Of a stretch of 64,000 nucleotides of DNA, positions 54,263 through 64,000 are shown piece after piece. Position 1 is the stretch's first letter. Each line of letters begins with the position of its first letter. A program made the translations under genes and the position numbers. Source of the stretch: Pseudomonadota bacterium (GTDB lineage Bacteria > Verrucomicrobiota > Verrucomicrobiia > Limisphaerales > SXTU01); the NCBI GenBank assembly GCA_009924135.1, contig RFSE01000001.1:4518-68517 (forward strand). Reading direction: 5' to 3'. The notes below the pieces were generated by a model. The model was not told the origin of the DNA. It made no database searches and saw only the letters and a program-made list of their open reading frames with translations.

Positions 54263-57169
54263 TCAACGTTTCACCGTGTAGTAGTAGGCGCGATAGGTGC
54301 CATCGATGGTGAAGCTGCCGTCGGCTGCGATGGGCACGGAACTCCCGGCGATCGGCACGCCGTAGTGGTCGCAGGGGGTCACGCTCACCGGCTTCGGGCC
54401 GGCAAGCTTGATCGTGGCCTGCACCGGTTCCAGCAACAGCGGCGCGGTGCCGGTAGCTTCGAGTTTCGCGCCGTCTGCCGAGTAGCGCGTTCCGGTCTGC
54501 TTGTCCTGCGCCAGGGCCGTGATGAGGATACGCTGGGACTGGGCCAGCGGCTGGTCATCCAGCGGGGTGAAGATCGTGCTGACAAACGGCGTTTTGAAAC
54601 TCACTTCCACACCGGGTAGCACAAAGGCGCCTGCCCCCGTGCGCCCGATGACCGCCTGTGTCTTCGGCGTCTGCACCGTGATGACCTGCCGGCCGTAGTC
54701 CCAGACCAGCTCGTCGGTGGTGCTGCGAATGGTCTTGCCGGCTGGGTTCCAGTATTTCGCAAAATCCACCTGCTCGGTCTTGCCGCCCGCGAAGTCCACG
54801 GTCACGCGGCCAATGGCAAATGCTTCGAGCGGCGTGCCGCCCTCGACGATCATCGTTTTGACATCGTAGCCACCCTTCGTCGCATCCTGCTTGAGCGCAT
54901 CCCGTCCGGTGAACAGGTCGGCCACGGACAGCCGGCGCGCCGCGATGACGGGCGATTCTTTGACATGGCCGCGATACAACGCAAACGCGAGCGCTGGAAA
55001 CTGGCCGAGATAGGCCGGCGTATCGGTGGTGTAACTGGACATGCCGGGCCAGCCATCACCGATCCGCGTGCCGCTCTGGATGAAATGAAAGGAGGCGTCC
55101 CAACCATGCAACCCCATGCCGTAAAACCCCAGGATCGGCGCACACTCGGCCTTCCACTGGTTCGGCGCGGACTGGGTCCACTCGGTGATGGAGAAAGGCT
55201 TTGACTCCACCTGCTTCATCGCGACGGTGAAGATGCCGCTGCCGGGATGGGCCAGGTGCGATTCGTTGTTCACCTTGCCCTCGGTGATGCCGTGCCCGCC
55301 CGCACCTCCGCCGGCGTAATTGTGCCGGTCAATCATGGAGCCGACGGTGTCCGTCCAAATGTTCGCGGGATCGGTGGCGGAGCCGCCCACCTGCCAGGCG
55401 GTGGTCATGGTGACGGCCTTGAAACCGGCGGCCCGAATGGCCTGCTCGCACGCCTCGAATTCGGCCCGCTGCAGGGTGGCCAGAAACTCGATAAAATCTC
55501 CAGCCCGCCGGGTCTGACCGGTGAAGGGGCCGCGCGGACCTTTGCCGTCCAGCTCCCACGGTGACATCAGCCGCAGTTCACCCGCCTTCGGGGAGTCGCC
55601 TTCCCGGAGTTCGCCCCAAGCGGACTTGAGCGCATCATCGGTGGGGTATTTCGCCTTCACCCAGGCGGCGAACCGGACGCGCAACGCCTGCGCGTGCAGC
55701 GGCCACTTTTTGGTCTTCGGGTCGGCCAACGCACCCAGCGGGTTCCAGAAGAACACGGAGTCCTCGTTCTGCATTTCCACCCCTACGAGCGCCGGATCAT
55801 CTACATAACGCAGCCCGGTGTAGGGGTTCTTGTGCGTGAGCAGGGCGGTGAGGACGCGGTTGCGCAACTCCCAGAGTTTGGGCGCGATGTTGATCACGCC
55901 ATAGGTGTCCTTGCGTCCGGCTCCGCCTTCCAGCTCCTGAAAGAGGGCCGGGTCGTAACCATCGTCCGGCCCGATGGTGAAGTGGTAGAAGACGGACCAG
56001 TCGGTGTAGATGCCGTTCCGTTTCAGCTCGGCGAACCACCAGTCATACTGGTCGAGCTTCTGGGAATCGATTTTTCCGTTGGTGTTCAACTCGTCAAAGA
56101 CCGCGTGCTGCCGGACCACGTTGATGCCGAACTTCCGTAGATACTTCGCCCGCTGCGTCAGTTGTTCCCGCGAGTAACGGCCCGGTTCCACATTCGCTCC
56201 GCAGCCCCAGAGTTTCACCGGAGCCGGGGCCTGTTCGAACCGCAGGTCTTTGCCCACCGCCTTCAGAAAACCGAACTGACCAGCCGGAGCCGGGATCAAG
56301 TGGGACATGTCGATCACGCTCGCGGGGTTGAAGGTGTCCTCATCGGCGAGGAGCGGGAACCAGTCCGCCGGGCCGTTTGCCGCCTTCGACATGGTTGGCT
56401 TCTGTGCCCCGGCGGGGACAAACGGGATGCGGGTGAAGACGAAACAGTCGAGGCCGCCGTGATGGTTCTTGTCCGGTCCGCTTTCCATGCGGAAACGGAT
56501 TACGTGATGGCCCGGCGTGAGTGTCAGATTACCGCCCTTGGCCCACGCGATGAAGCGCATGTCGGGCTTGTTGTCGGCGGCGATGTTCTGGTTACCCCGC
56601 GCGTCGGTGAAGTTGACCGGCGTCCACGCGCCGGCATCCAGTTGCCAGGTGAGCTTGGCCCCGACGCTGGGGTTGGCGCGAATCCAGAAGGCATACGTAT
56701 CTGGGGTGAGGACATCGAAGGCGTATTCCGCTTCGCCGACCTTGTCCTTGTTGAAATTGGAGATCCAGTCACCGCCGGAGAGCACCTCCCTCTTGACCTG
56801 GTCATACCACCACGGATGGCGGGACATGGTGCTCTTGGTGGGACGCTCACCCTCGATCCAAATCACGTCCTTGGGATCGGGTGCCGGCTCGGGAACCGCC
56901 GCTGCGCTCAGGTTGAACGCCAGGCCAACGAGGGCCAGGAACAAACCGCCCAGATGCGTTGGAATTGATTTCTTGCCACAAACTACGCGGTTACGGATGA
57001 CGGATGACGGGCCATCCAGAAAACGGAGAACGACAAGTTGCACAGGGCAGTTCAGTAACAGCGATGAGCAACCCCGGTCAACGCCGCGTTTCCCGGCGAA
57101 GCGTGCCGGGGCGCATCTCATTATTTGGCGATGCGGCGCGACGTGCATCAAATTCCGACGGCATTGCAA
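54263..57169 (-). CDS. secreted glycoside hydrolase, clan GH-A TIM barrel with N-terminal CBM-like domain
   Basis: Candidate acid/base VEMQNEDSVFFWN and nucleophile FSITEWTQS. Signal-like LGGLFLALVGLAFNLSAAA at aa ~80-98 of the maximal ORF. The start is uncertain (ATG at 57169, 57148 or 57121, or GTG at 57043). Confidence 0.6.
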   Translation of the reverse strand: MQCRRNLMHVAPHRQIMRCAPARFAGKRGVDRGCSSLLLNCPVQLVVLRFLDGPSSVIRNRVVCGKKSIPTHLGGLFLALVGLAFNLSAAAVPEPAPDPKDVIWIEGERPTKSTMSRHPWWYDQVKREVLSGGDWISNFNKDKVGEAEYAFDVLTPDTYAFWIRANPSVGAKLTWQLDAGAWTPVNFTDARGNQNIAADNKPDMRFIAWAKGGNLTLTPGHHVIRFRMESGPDKNHHGGLDCFVFTRIPFVPAGAQKPTMSKAANGPADWFPLLADEDTFNPASVIDMSHLIPAPAGQFGFLKAVGKDLRFEQAPAPVKLWGCGANVEPGRYSREQLTQRAKYLRKFGINVVRQHAVFDELNTNGKIDSQKLDQYDWWFAELKRNGIYTDWSVFYHFTIGPDDGYDPALFQELEGGAGRKDTYGVINIAPKLWELRNRVLTALLTHKNPYTGLRYVDDPALVGVEMQNEDSVFFWNPLGALADPKTKKWPLHAQALRVRFAAWVKAKYPTDDALKSAWGELREGDSPKAGELRLMSPWELDGKGPRGPFTGQTRRAGDFIEFLATLQRAEFEACEQAIRAAGFKAVTMTTAWQVGGSATDPANIWTDTVGSMIDRHNYAGGGAGGHGITEGKVNNESHLAHPGSGIFTVAMKQVESKPFSITEWTQSAPNQWKAECAPILGFYGMGLHGWDASFHFIQSGTRIGDGWPGMSSYTTDTPAYLGQFPALAFALYRGHVKESPVIAARRLSVADLFTGRDALKQDATKGGYDVKTMIVEGGTPLEAFAIGRVTVDFAGGKTEQVDFAKYWNPAGKTIRSTTDELVWDYGRQVITVQTPKTQAVIGRTGAGAFVLPGVEVSFKTPFVSTIFTPLDDQPLAQSQRILITALAQDKQTGTRYSADGAKLEATGTAPLLLEPVQATIKLAGPKPVSVTPCDHYGVPIAGSSVPIAADGSFTIDGTYRAYYYTVKR

Positions 57170-57306
57170 CCCGGTTCAAACGAAGCGCGTCTGTGCTGGA
57201 AGCCGGTCGCAGCAAGCCCTTCTGGCGAGGGGGCCAGGGGAATCCGCTCCGTCCCGTGTCAGGCCCGTTGCGGAGTGGGTCCTGCGCCAGCGAATGGTTT
57301 TATCCC

Positions 57307-58734
57307 TCAGGCGAGGACTGGCTTCACGATCTCGCCATGAACATCGGTAAGCCGATAATCGCGGCCTTGGAAACGATACGTCAGCTTGGTGTGATCGAGC
57401 CCGAGGAGGTGCAGGGCGGTCGCGTTGAGATCATGAATGTGTACCGGGTCCTTGACGATGTTGTAGCTGAAGTCGTCGGTCTCGCCAAATGCCTGACCGC
57501 CTTTGATGCCGGCTCCGGCCAGCCAGATGCTGTAGCAGCGCGGATGATGATCCCGCCCATAGTTGTCCTTGGTCAGGACGCCTTGGGAATAGACGGTGCG
57601 CCCAAACTCACCGCCCCAGATGATGAGCGTGTCTTCCAGCAGGCCGCGTCCCTTCAATTCGGCCAGCAGGGCGGCGGTGGGTTGATCGGTGTCGTGGCAC
57701 TGGCTCTTGATCCCGCTGGGCAGGTTGTTGTGCTGGTCCCAGCCCCGGTGATAGAGCTGGATGAAACGCACGCCGCGCTCGGCCAGCCGACGGGCCAAAA
57801 TGCAGTTCGCCGCATACGTGCCCGGCTTTTTCGATTCGGGACCGTAGCGCTCGAAGATGTCCGCAGGTTCTTTGGACAAGTCGGCAAGATCCGGAACGGC
57901 GGCTTGCATGCGGAACGCGAGTTCATACTGGTCAATGCGCGCCTGCGTCTCCGGGTCCTGATACTCGGCGAATTGCAGGCGGTTCAAGGCGGCGGTGTCA
58001 TCCAACATGGCGCGCCGACGCTCCGGGGTGATGCCCGGAGGATTGGACAGGAACAGCACCGGGTCTTTGCCTGAACTGAAGCGCACGCCTTGGTGGCGGG
58101 ACGGGAGAAACCCCGAGCCCCACATGCGCTCGTGCAGCGGTTGCGCATTTGTCGGGCCGCTGGGACGGGAGATCAGGGCGACGAACGCCGGCAGGTCGGT
58201 GTTCTCCGATCCGAGCCCATACGACACCCACGCCCCGAAGGCCGGCCGGCCGCCGATCTGATGGCCGGTTTGCAGCAGTGTCATCGCCGGGTCGTGGTTG
58301 ATCGCTTCGGTGTGCAGCGACCGGATAACGCAGATGTCGTCTGCGAATTTCGCCGTGTGGGGCAGGGCTTCCGTCAGCCACAGGCCCGACTGGCCGTGCT
58401 GTTGAAACTTGAAGACCGATGGGGCTACGGGGAACCGCTTCTGGCCGGCCGTCATGCCGGTGAGCCGTTGCTCGCCGCGCACCGAGGCGGGCAAATCCTT
58501 GTCGAACTGGGAGGCGAGGCCGGGCTTATAGTCAAACAGGTCCAACTGCGAAGGCGCACCGGCCTGGGTGAGCCAGATGATACGTTTTGCCTTGGGGGCA
58601 AACTGCGGCGGTTGAGGGGCGGCGAACAGTCGCGGGTTGAGCAGAGAGGCGAGCGCGGCGGCTCCGAGGCCCGTGGCCGAACGGCCCAGGAAATGGCGGC
58701 GGGAGAGTTCGTTGTGAGAAGGTGGCATGCTCAT
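57307..58734 (-). CDS. DUF1501 (sulfatase-like) protein with Tat signal
   Basis: [14 protein letters not shown] twin-arginine motif, GGEFGRT and GRDHHP. The start at 58734 (MSMPPSH) avoids overlap with the upstream stop; the maximal ORF starts at 58761. Confidence 0.85.
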   Translation of the reverse strand: MSMPPSHNELSRRHFLGRSATGLGAAALASLLNPRLFAAPQPPQFAPKAKRIIWLTQAGAPSQLDLFDYKPGLASQFDKDLPASVRGEQRLTGMTAGQKRFPVAPSVFKFQQHGQSGLWLTEALPHTAKFADDICVIRSLHTEAINHDPAMTLLQTGHQIGGRPAFGAWVSYGLGSENTDLPAFVALISRPSGPTNAQPLHERMWGSGFLPSRHQGVRFSSGKDPVLFLSNPPGITPERRRAMLDDTAALNRLQFAEYQDPETQARIDQYELAFRMQAAVPDLADLSKEPADIFERYGPESKKPGTYAANCILARRLAERGVRFIQLYHRGWDQHNNLPSGIKSQCHDTDQPTAALLAELKGRGLLEDTLIIWGGEFGRTVYSQGVLTKDNYGRDHHPRCYSIWLAGAGIKGGQAFGETDDFSYNIVKDPVHIHDLNATALHLLGLDHTKLTYRFQGRDYRLTDVHGEIVKPVLA

Positions 58735-58738
58735 GAGT

Positions 58739-61732
58739 TCACGGCTTGGTGACGGTTTCATCCAAGTTGAGCAGCGTGCTGGCGACGGTGGTGTAGGCGG
58801 CCAGTTCGGCGGGGTTTAGCTTCGCATCGAATCCCGCCGAGCCGACCGACAACAGCGATTTACCCGCTTCCGTATCCTTGGTGAAATCCGCGCGGGCGCG
58901 TTCATACGCCCCGCGCAGGACTTTTAGTTCCGCCGGTGAGGGCGGGCGCGCAAGCAGCAAACGGAAGCCGTGGGTAAGCCGCGTCTCCTCCGTGCCGCCA
59001 CCGTCCTTGATCATGCGTTGCGCGAGGAAGCGCGCGGCCTCGACATACGTTGGGTCGTTCAGGAGGTTCAAAGCCTGCAAGGGGGTGTTCGTACGCGGCC
59101 GCCGCAGCGTGCAACTCTCGCGGAACGGCGCATCAAAGAGCAGCATCGCAGGGTGGGGCACTGAGCGCTTCCAATAGGTATAGAGGCTGCGGCGGCGGAG
59201 TTCGTCCCCTTTGCCGGGCACATACGTGTTGTAGCCATTGCCGGCCGTGATCTGCTCATAAAGCCCCGGCGGATGGTAGGGCTTCACCGATGGCCCACCG
59301 AGCTGGTCGAGCAGGAGTCCGCTGGCCGCGAGCGCCTGGTCCCGGATGAATTCACCCACGAGCCGGTGGCGCGGACCGCGGCTGAGCAGGCGATTTTCCG
59401 GATCGCGTTCGCGCAATGCCGGCGTGAGGCGGGAGCTTTGCCGATAGGTCGCGCTGGTGACCATGAGCCGCATCAATTGCTTCACATCCCAGCCGCTGCG
59501 GATGAATTCCTGCGCCACCCAGCCGAGCAGTTCAGGATGACTCGGGAGTGCTCCCTGTGAACCGAAATCCTCGCTGGTCTTCACCAGGCCGGTGCCGAAC
59601 ACCTGCTGCCAGAAGCGATTTACCGTGACGCGGGCCGTGAGCGGGTTTTGCGGGCTGACGAGCCACTTCGCAAGCCCGAGCCGGTTATGTGGCAGTTCGG
59701 GTGCCAGCGCGGGCAGCACGGCCGGGGTTGCCGCCGTAACGGCGGTTCCGGGCTTGTCATAGGCCCCGCGCATCAGGATGAAGGTCGGGCGCGGCTCCTT
59801 TTGCTCCTCCATGACCAGGGTGGTGGGAATCTCATTCTCGGCCGCCGCGACCTGCTTCTTCAGGCTGCCCAGCTCGTCATTGAGCTTGCGGTGCTCCGGC
59901 TGCTGCGAGATCCGGAACGTCGCGAGCTGCTTGTTCTCCACCGCCGTGCGGCCGGCCGGGGCTTTCTTTGCAAGCGTTTCCAGAGCGGCCGGCACCAGCA
60001 CCTCCGGCTCCGTTTCCGTGACGAACAACCGCCAACTTGAAGGCCCGCCAGCATTCTCGACGCCAATCTCGATTTGGACCTCGCGGCTGGCCTCCGCCGC
60101 CAGGGCGGGCTCGAATTCGAACACCGCGTGCGCCGGGCGTTCCGGCTTCAGGGCAAGGACCGTCCGGGTTTTGCGGTCATTATCCAATACCTTTTCGGTT
60201 TCGGTGTTCGCCAACGAATCTCCCCATGCCGTGGCGCGCACCTTGGATTGCCCCACCTTGAGTTCGCTCCATTGAAAGCTCGCTGAAGATGCCGTGGTCC
60301 CGCATTCGAGGCGCACCGCAGTGATGCGTCCGGCCGGCAGGCGTGCCGTGAGCTTGAGGGTGTTCGGGCGCGTCTCTTGCGGCCCGACCTCCAAAGTGGT
60401 GGCGGTGGCGTCAATCACCGGTGGCTGATCCCCGCCGCTGGCTGCGAGCAGTTGGACCGGCACCCACTTCACGGCTGCCGCAGCGACGCGTTGCGACCAT
60501 TCATCGATGCCGTTCACCGACCGGTTGGTGAGCGCCGTGAGCTGCGCGGTCACCTGTTGCAATGATTTGTTCAGGGCGGCGAGTTTCGCCTCGGTTTCCG
60601 GTGAAGGCAGTTTCACAAACGGGGGCGCATTTTGACGGATGGGGTTCCCATAGATGCCCACGCCCTTTTCCGGCACGTTGTGGAAAAAGGCTTTCAGCGA
60701 ATAGAAGTCGCGCTGAGTGAACGGATCGAACTTGTGATCGTGGCATCGGCAGCAGTTGAAGGTCTGTCCCAGCCACACGGCTGCGGTCGTCTCCACGCGG
60801 TCAGCGGTGTATTCGGCGAGGAACTCCTCGGCGATGATGCCGCCTTCTTCGTTCAGCATGTGATTGCGATGGAAGCCCGTTGCGACCTTCTGTTCGAGGG
60901 TCGGGTTGGGGAGCAGATCACCCGCCAGTTGCTCGATGGTGAACTGATCGAAAGGCTGGTTGTCGTTGAACGCGCGAATGACCCAGTCCCGCCAGGGCCA
61001 CAGCTCCCGGTCGCGATCCACCTGGTATCCGTTCGAGTCGGCGTAGCGCGCGGCGTCGAGCCAGTCGATCGCCATGCGCTCACCGTAACGAGGCGACTTC
61101 AGCAGGCGGTCCACGACCTTCTCATAGGCTTGCGCCGAGGAGTCAGCGAGAAAGGCATCCACCTCCGACAGGGTCGGGGGCAGGCCGGTCAAATCCAGGG
61201 TGACCCGGCGGATCAGCACCTCCCTGGCCGCCTCGGGGGACGGTGCGAGGGCGGCTGCTTCCAGGCGCGACAGCACGAATTGATCAAGCGGGTTGCGCGG
61301 CCAGTCTTTGCGCCGTGTCACCGGAACTTTCACCGGGGCCAACGCTGCATAGGACCAATGCTCCTCATACTTGGCACCCTGTGCGATCCACTGCCGCAGC
61401 TTCAACTTCTGCGCCGAGGTCAACACCTTGTGTGACTTGGGCGGTGGCATCAACTCGTCTGGATCACCGCTGTTGAGACGCTTGAGCAGCACCGACTTTT
61501 TTACTTCACCCGGTACGATGGCGATGCCGCCGGACTTCGCCGCCTTGAGCGCTTCCTCACGCACATCGAGCCGCAGCCCGGCCTTGCGCTGCTGCGCATC
61601 CGGTCCGTGGCAGCTGAAACAATTGTCCGACAGGATGGGCCGGACCTCCCGGCTGAAGCTCACCAGCTCCTGCGTCTGGGCTGCCCTGATGGCCAGCAGC
61701 AAAGTGGCGAGGATGGTGAGAATGCGCTTCAT
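58739..61732 (-). CDS. PSCyt1/DUF1549/DUF1553 protein (Planctomycete cytochrome-c-domain family)
   Basis: Signal peptide, then N-terminal [19 protein letters not shown] (CxxCH). DUF1549-type [18 protein letters not shown]. 997 aa, immediately upstream of DUF1501. Confidence 0.85.
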   Translation of the reverse strand: MKRILTILATLLLAIRAAQTQELVSFSREVRPILSDNCFSCHGPDAQQRKAGLRLDVREEALKAAKSGGIAIVPGEVKKSVLLKRLNSGDPDELMPPPKSHKVLTSAQKLKLRQWIAQGAKYEEHWSYAALAPVKVPVTRRKDWPRNPLDQFVLSRLEAAALAPSPEAAREVLIRRVTLDLTGLPPTLSEVDAFLADSSAQAYEKVVDRLLKSPRYGERMAIDWLDAARYADSNGYQVDRDRELWPWRDWVIRAFNDNQPFDQFTIEQLAGDLLPNPTLEQKVATGFHRNHMLNEEGGIIAEEFLAEYTADRVETTAAVWLGQTFNCCRCHDHKFDPFTQRDFYSLKAFFHNVPEKGVGIYGNPIRQNAPPFVKLPSPETEAKLAALNKSLQQVTAQLTALTNRSVNGIDEWSQRVAAAAVKWVPVQLLAASGGDQPPVIDATATTLEVGPQETRPNTLKLTARLPAGRITAVRLECGTTASSASFQWSELKVGQSKVRATAWGDSLANTETEKVLDNDRKTRTVLALKPERPAHAVFEFEPALAAEASREVQIEIGVENAGGPSSWRLFVTETEPEVLVPAALETLAKKAPAGRTAVENKQLATFRISQQPEHRKLNDELGSLKKQVAAAENEIPTTLVMEEQKEPRPTFILMRGAYDKPGTAVTAATPAVLPALAPELPHNRLGLAKWLVSPQNPLTARVTVNRFWQQVFGTGLVKTSEDFGSQGALPSHPELLGWVAQEFIRSGWDVKQLMRLMVTSATYRQSSRLTPALRERDPENRLLSRGPRHRLVGEFIRDQALAASGLLLDQLGGPSVKPYHPPGLYEQITAGNGYNTYVPGKGDELRRRSLYTYWKRSVPHPAMLLFDAPFRESCTLRRPRTNTPLQALNLLNDPTYVEAARFLAQRMIKDGGGTEETRLTHGFRLLLARPPSPAELKVLRGAYERARADFTKDTEAGKSLLSVGSAGFDAKLNPAELAAYTTVASTLLNLDETVTKP

Positions 61733-61894
61733 GTCGGTCGGTAACGTGTGACGATCCGCTTGCTACGGCGATTGAATCTTGTTTGCAACAGGCATTGGCC
61801 GTTGGCGTGCTCGCATCGTTAGGACATCGTAGTGGAACACTGTCAACGGTTCGCGGAAGGTAAATGTCTGGTGGTTTGTCCCATGGTGGCCGGC

Positions 61895-63964
61895 TTACTT
61901 TAGGACTTCGTCCAACCAAGCATAGGCCGCCTTCCGTTCCATTTCGGGGAAGTCGTGCGGGGCGTCGGGCGTGACGAGCTTGAGTTGTGCGGAAGCATTG
62001 TGCAGGGCATAGATTTCGCCTGCCTTGGCAAAGGCCTTGCGCACGCCGCCGATGTCGAAATTGCTGTCGCGTACGGGCGAGTTTGAGAAGAAGGCACGGG
62101 GAGCGAGTGCGCCCAGGATTTCGTAAAAATCGAACGGCACCTGGTCGGCGTTGTTGCCGTAGCGGTCGCGGATGCGGGGCATGTAACGATCACTGGTCCA
62201 GCCGGCGACCTTGCCGCCGTAGTAGTCGTGGAACGGCGTGAAACCACAGCTCGACACGACTGCCCGCAACCGCTCATCAAAGACGGCGGTGAAGAGTGCG
62301 TTGTGCCCGCCGAGCGAGTGGCCGATCACCCCCAGGCGCCCCCCGTCCACCTGGGGCAGCGCTTCAAGCAGGTCCACGGCTCGGAGGTTGTTCCAGATGG
62401 CCTTCATCGAACCACTGGCGTAGTGCGCCCCTTGCTTCTTGAAGTCGTAGGGATACTCGCCGAATGACGGATAATCCGGCACGAGGCAAACGTAGCCGCG
62501 CTCGGCCAGTTCGTGGGCGTAGTGCAACGATTTCAAGCCGCCCAGTCCGGCCGGCTCGTTCTTGCCGATGCCCGTGGTCTGGTGGAGGCAAAGCATCGCG
62601 GGCGCTTTACCGCCAGCAGGTACGGTGTTCGGAATCATCAGCCACGCCGGCACGCGGTCATCCCGCTCGGGTGTGAATCGCACCTTGCGCCGCAGATACT
62701 TTTCAGTGCGCTCTTCGGCGACCGTTTCCACGTCCAGCGGCACGCGCCGGGCAGCTTCGGGCAAGGGACCCATCGCCTGCTGCATCCCGGCGCGGATGTG
62801 CGCGACCCGCTCCGCCCAGTCCGCCTTGGTCTTCACCGGGCGCTCATTGCCTTGAGCGTCCTTGACGACGAGCAAGTTCGCGTGGTCCAGGTACAATGCG
62901 AGCGGACTCAGATCGAAGTGCCCGACTGGAAACCCGGCGGCATAGGAAATGACAAACTCCCCGCCGGGCGTGCGATACCGGATAGCCTCGCGGCGTTGGA
63001 AATCGCTTGGCCCCGGGCGATGGCGCGCCTCCGCGCCGGAGGGCTGCAAATACTTTTCTGCGGCCGCCAGCACGATTTCTGTGGTGCCGAAGAAGTGGCC
63101 GGCGGACCGGTAAACCTTGGCGTCAAGGTCGGCTTTGGAAACATACTTTGCCTCCACGGCGAGTCCGGCACTCTTCATGGCATCCACCATTTCCACGGCA
63201 TCGGCGAAGGGGCAGACCGTGTCTTCGGTCCCGTGAATCACCACCACTTTACTCGTGGTGCCCAGTTGCTTCATGGTGGTCAGATGGCCGGGATGGCCGA
63301 CGAAGCGCAACGCCTGCTCGTCCGGCGTGAGGAAATTCCGGCTGCGCGGGTCACGGCTCCAGCGGGCGTTCAGGGAACTGCCGCCGGGGAGGTTGAACGC
63401 GATGTCATCCGAGAGTTTCTTCATGCCGCACATGTCCACCACGCAGGCGAAGGTGCGCGGCGCGAGCTTGTTGGCCATCAAGGTCACGTTCCCCCCGCCG
63501 GACCCACCGCAGCAGAAGAGCCGGTCATCGGCAAACGGCCTGCCCCGGGTCGTGAGCTGGTCGCGCACCCACCAGAGCGCCCGCAAGGCATCAAGCGCCT
63601 GGAGGTAGCCGAAGTCGTACGGTTCCGGCGCGTCGATCGAGTCGGCCTTGCCGCTTTGCAGGTAGTTGACACAAACGGCGACGACGTTCAGTCGTTGCGC
63701 CAGCACGCGTGGGTCGGTCGTACCCACGCAGTCGCTGCCCCCCCAGTTGTGGAGGGTGAGCATGATGCCGGTCAGCGGGCCGACGCCGGCCAGTGAGCCG
63801 CCGGGGTAATGCACCTGCACGCGAAAGTGGCGGAGTCCCGGGCGTTGCGGCCATTCCTGCGCGGGGAGTTCGGCCGGCGAATCCTGCGGTGGCAGCGGGG
63901 GCCACTCCTGACCGGTGGCGGACAGGGTCGAGATCAGGACGGCACAAAGTAAGGCGAGGCGCAT
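61895..63964 (-). CDS. secreted protein with two tandem alpha/beta-hydrolase domains
   Basis: Signal MRLALLCAVLISTLSATGQ. Two nucleophile elbows: CCGGSGGGNV in the first half and GVIGHSLGGHNA in the second half, which is dienelactone-hydrolase / acetyl-xylan-esterase-like. Confidence 0.6.
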   Translation of the reverse strand: MRLALLCAVLISTLSATGQEWPPLPPQDSPAELPAQEWPQRPGLRHFRVQVHYPGGSLAGVGPLTGIMLTLHNWGGSDCVGTTDPRVLAQRLNVVAVCVNYLQSGKADSIDAPEPYDFGYLQALDALRALWWVRDQLTTRGRPFADDRLFCCGGSGGGNVTLMANKLAPRTFACVVDMCGMKKLSDDIAFNLPGGSSLNARWSRDPRSRNFLTPDEQALRFVGHPGHLTTMKQLGTTSKVVVIHGTEDTVCPFADAVEMVDAMKSAGLAVEAKYVSKADLDAKVYRSAGHFFGTTEIVLAAAEKYLQPSGAEARHRPGPSDFQRREAIRYRTPGGEFVISYAAGFPVGHFDLSPLALYLDHANLLVVKDAQGNERPVKTKADWAERVAHIRAGMQQAMGPLPEAARRVPLDVETVAEERTEKYLRRKVRFTPERDDRVPAWLMIPNTVPAGGKAPAMLCLHQTTGIGKNEPAGLGGLKSLHYAHELAERGYVCLVPDYPSFGEYPYDFKKQGAHYASGSMKAIWNNLRAVDLLEALPQVDGGRLGVIGHSLGGHNALFTAVFDERLRAVVSSCGFTPFHDYYGGKVAGWTSDRYMPRIRDRYGNNADQVPFDFYEILGALAPRAFFSNSPVRDSNFDIGGVRKAFAKAGEIYALHNASAQLKLVTPDAPHDFPEMERKAAYAWLDEVLK

Positions 63965-64000
63965 TATGGAGAACAGTTGGCTCAGGTTATCGGGCGGACC

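Overview
High-GC (~62-65%) chromosomal segment. The gene content points to the PVC superphylum, most likely Verrucomicrobiota, although Planctomycetota is not excluded. The evidence is two DUF1501 sulfatase-like genes, one PSCyt/DUF1549/DUF1553 gene, delta-60-type repeats fused to Ig-like arrays, and many secreted glycan-active enzymes. I support about 37 protein-coding genes and two frameshifted genes. I saw no rRNA, tRNA, CRISPR array, integrase, transposase or phage genes. Recognisable housekeeping genes are hemB, folA, an Amidase_2 peptidoglycan amidase, an M16 peptidase and an arsM-like methyltransferase. The accessory content falls into five groups. (1) A minus-strand cluster of secreted glycan-active enzymes at 13.4-20.0 kb. 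(2) A 2131-aa delta-60 + 16xIg surface protein followed by a beta-barrel OMP. (3) A tightly coupled five-gene plus-strand module at 42.3-53.0 kb, made of a giant multidomain exoprotein, a membrane accessory protein, an ABC-2 ATPase, a fused permease and a HEAT lipoprotein. This is my best candidate for an uncharacterised system. (4) A membrane protein with dual cNMP-binding domains and an apparently degenerate M50-like core, coupled to a leaderless pseudopilin-like/Sel1 protein. (5) A DUF1553-DUF1501-glycosidase string. The intergenic DNA is unusually structured. It contains a ~192-bp palindromic MITE-like family (two full copies and one half copy), a 264-bp nested palindrome, several hairpin clusters, heptanucleotide microsatellites (one inside a coding region) and terminator-shaped hairpins in unexpected orientations. 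All protein-family calls rest on motif recognition by eye and need HMM or BLAST confirmation.
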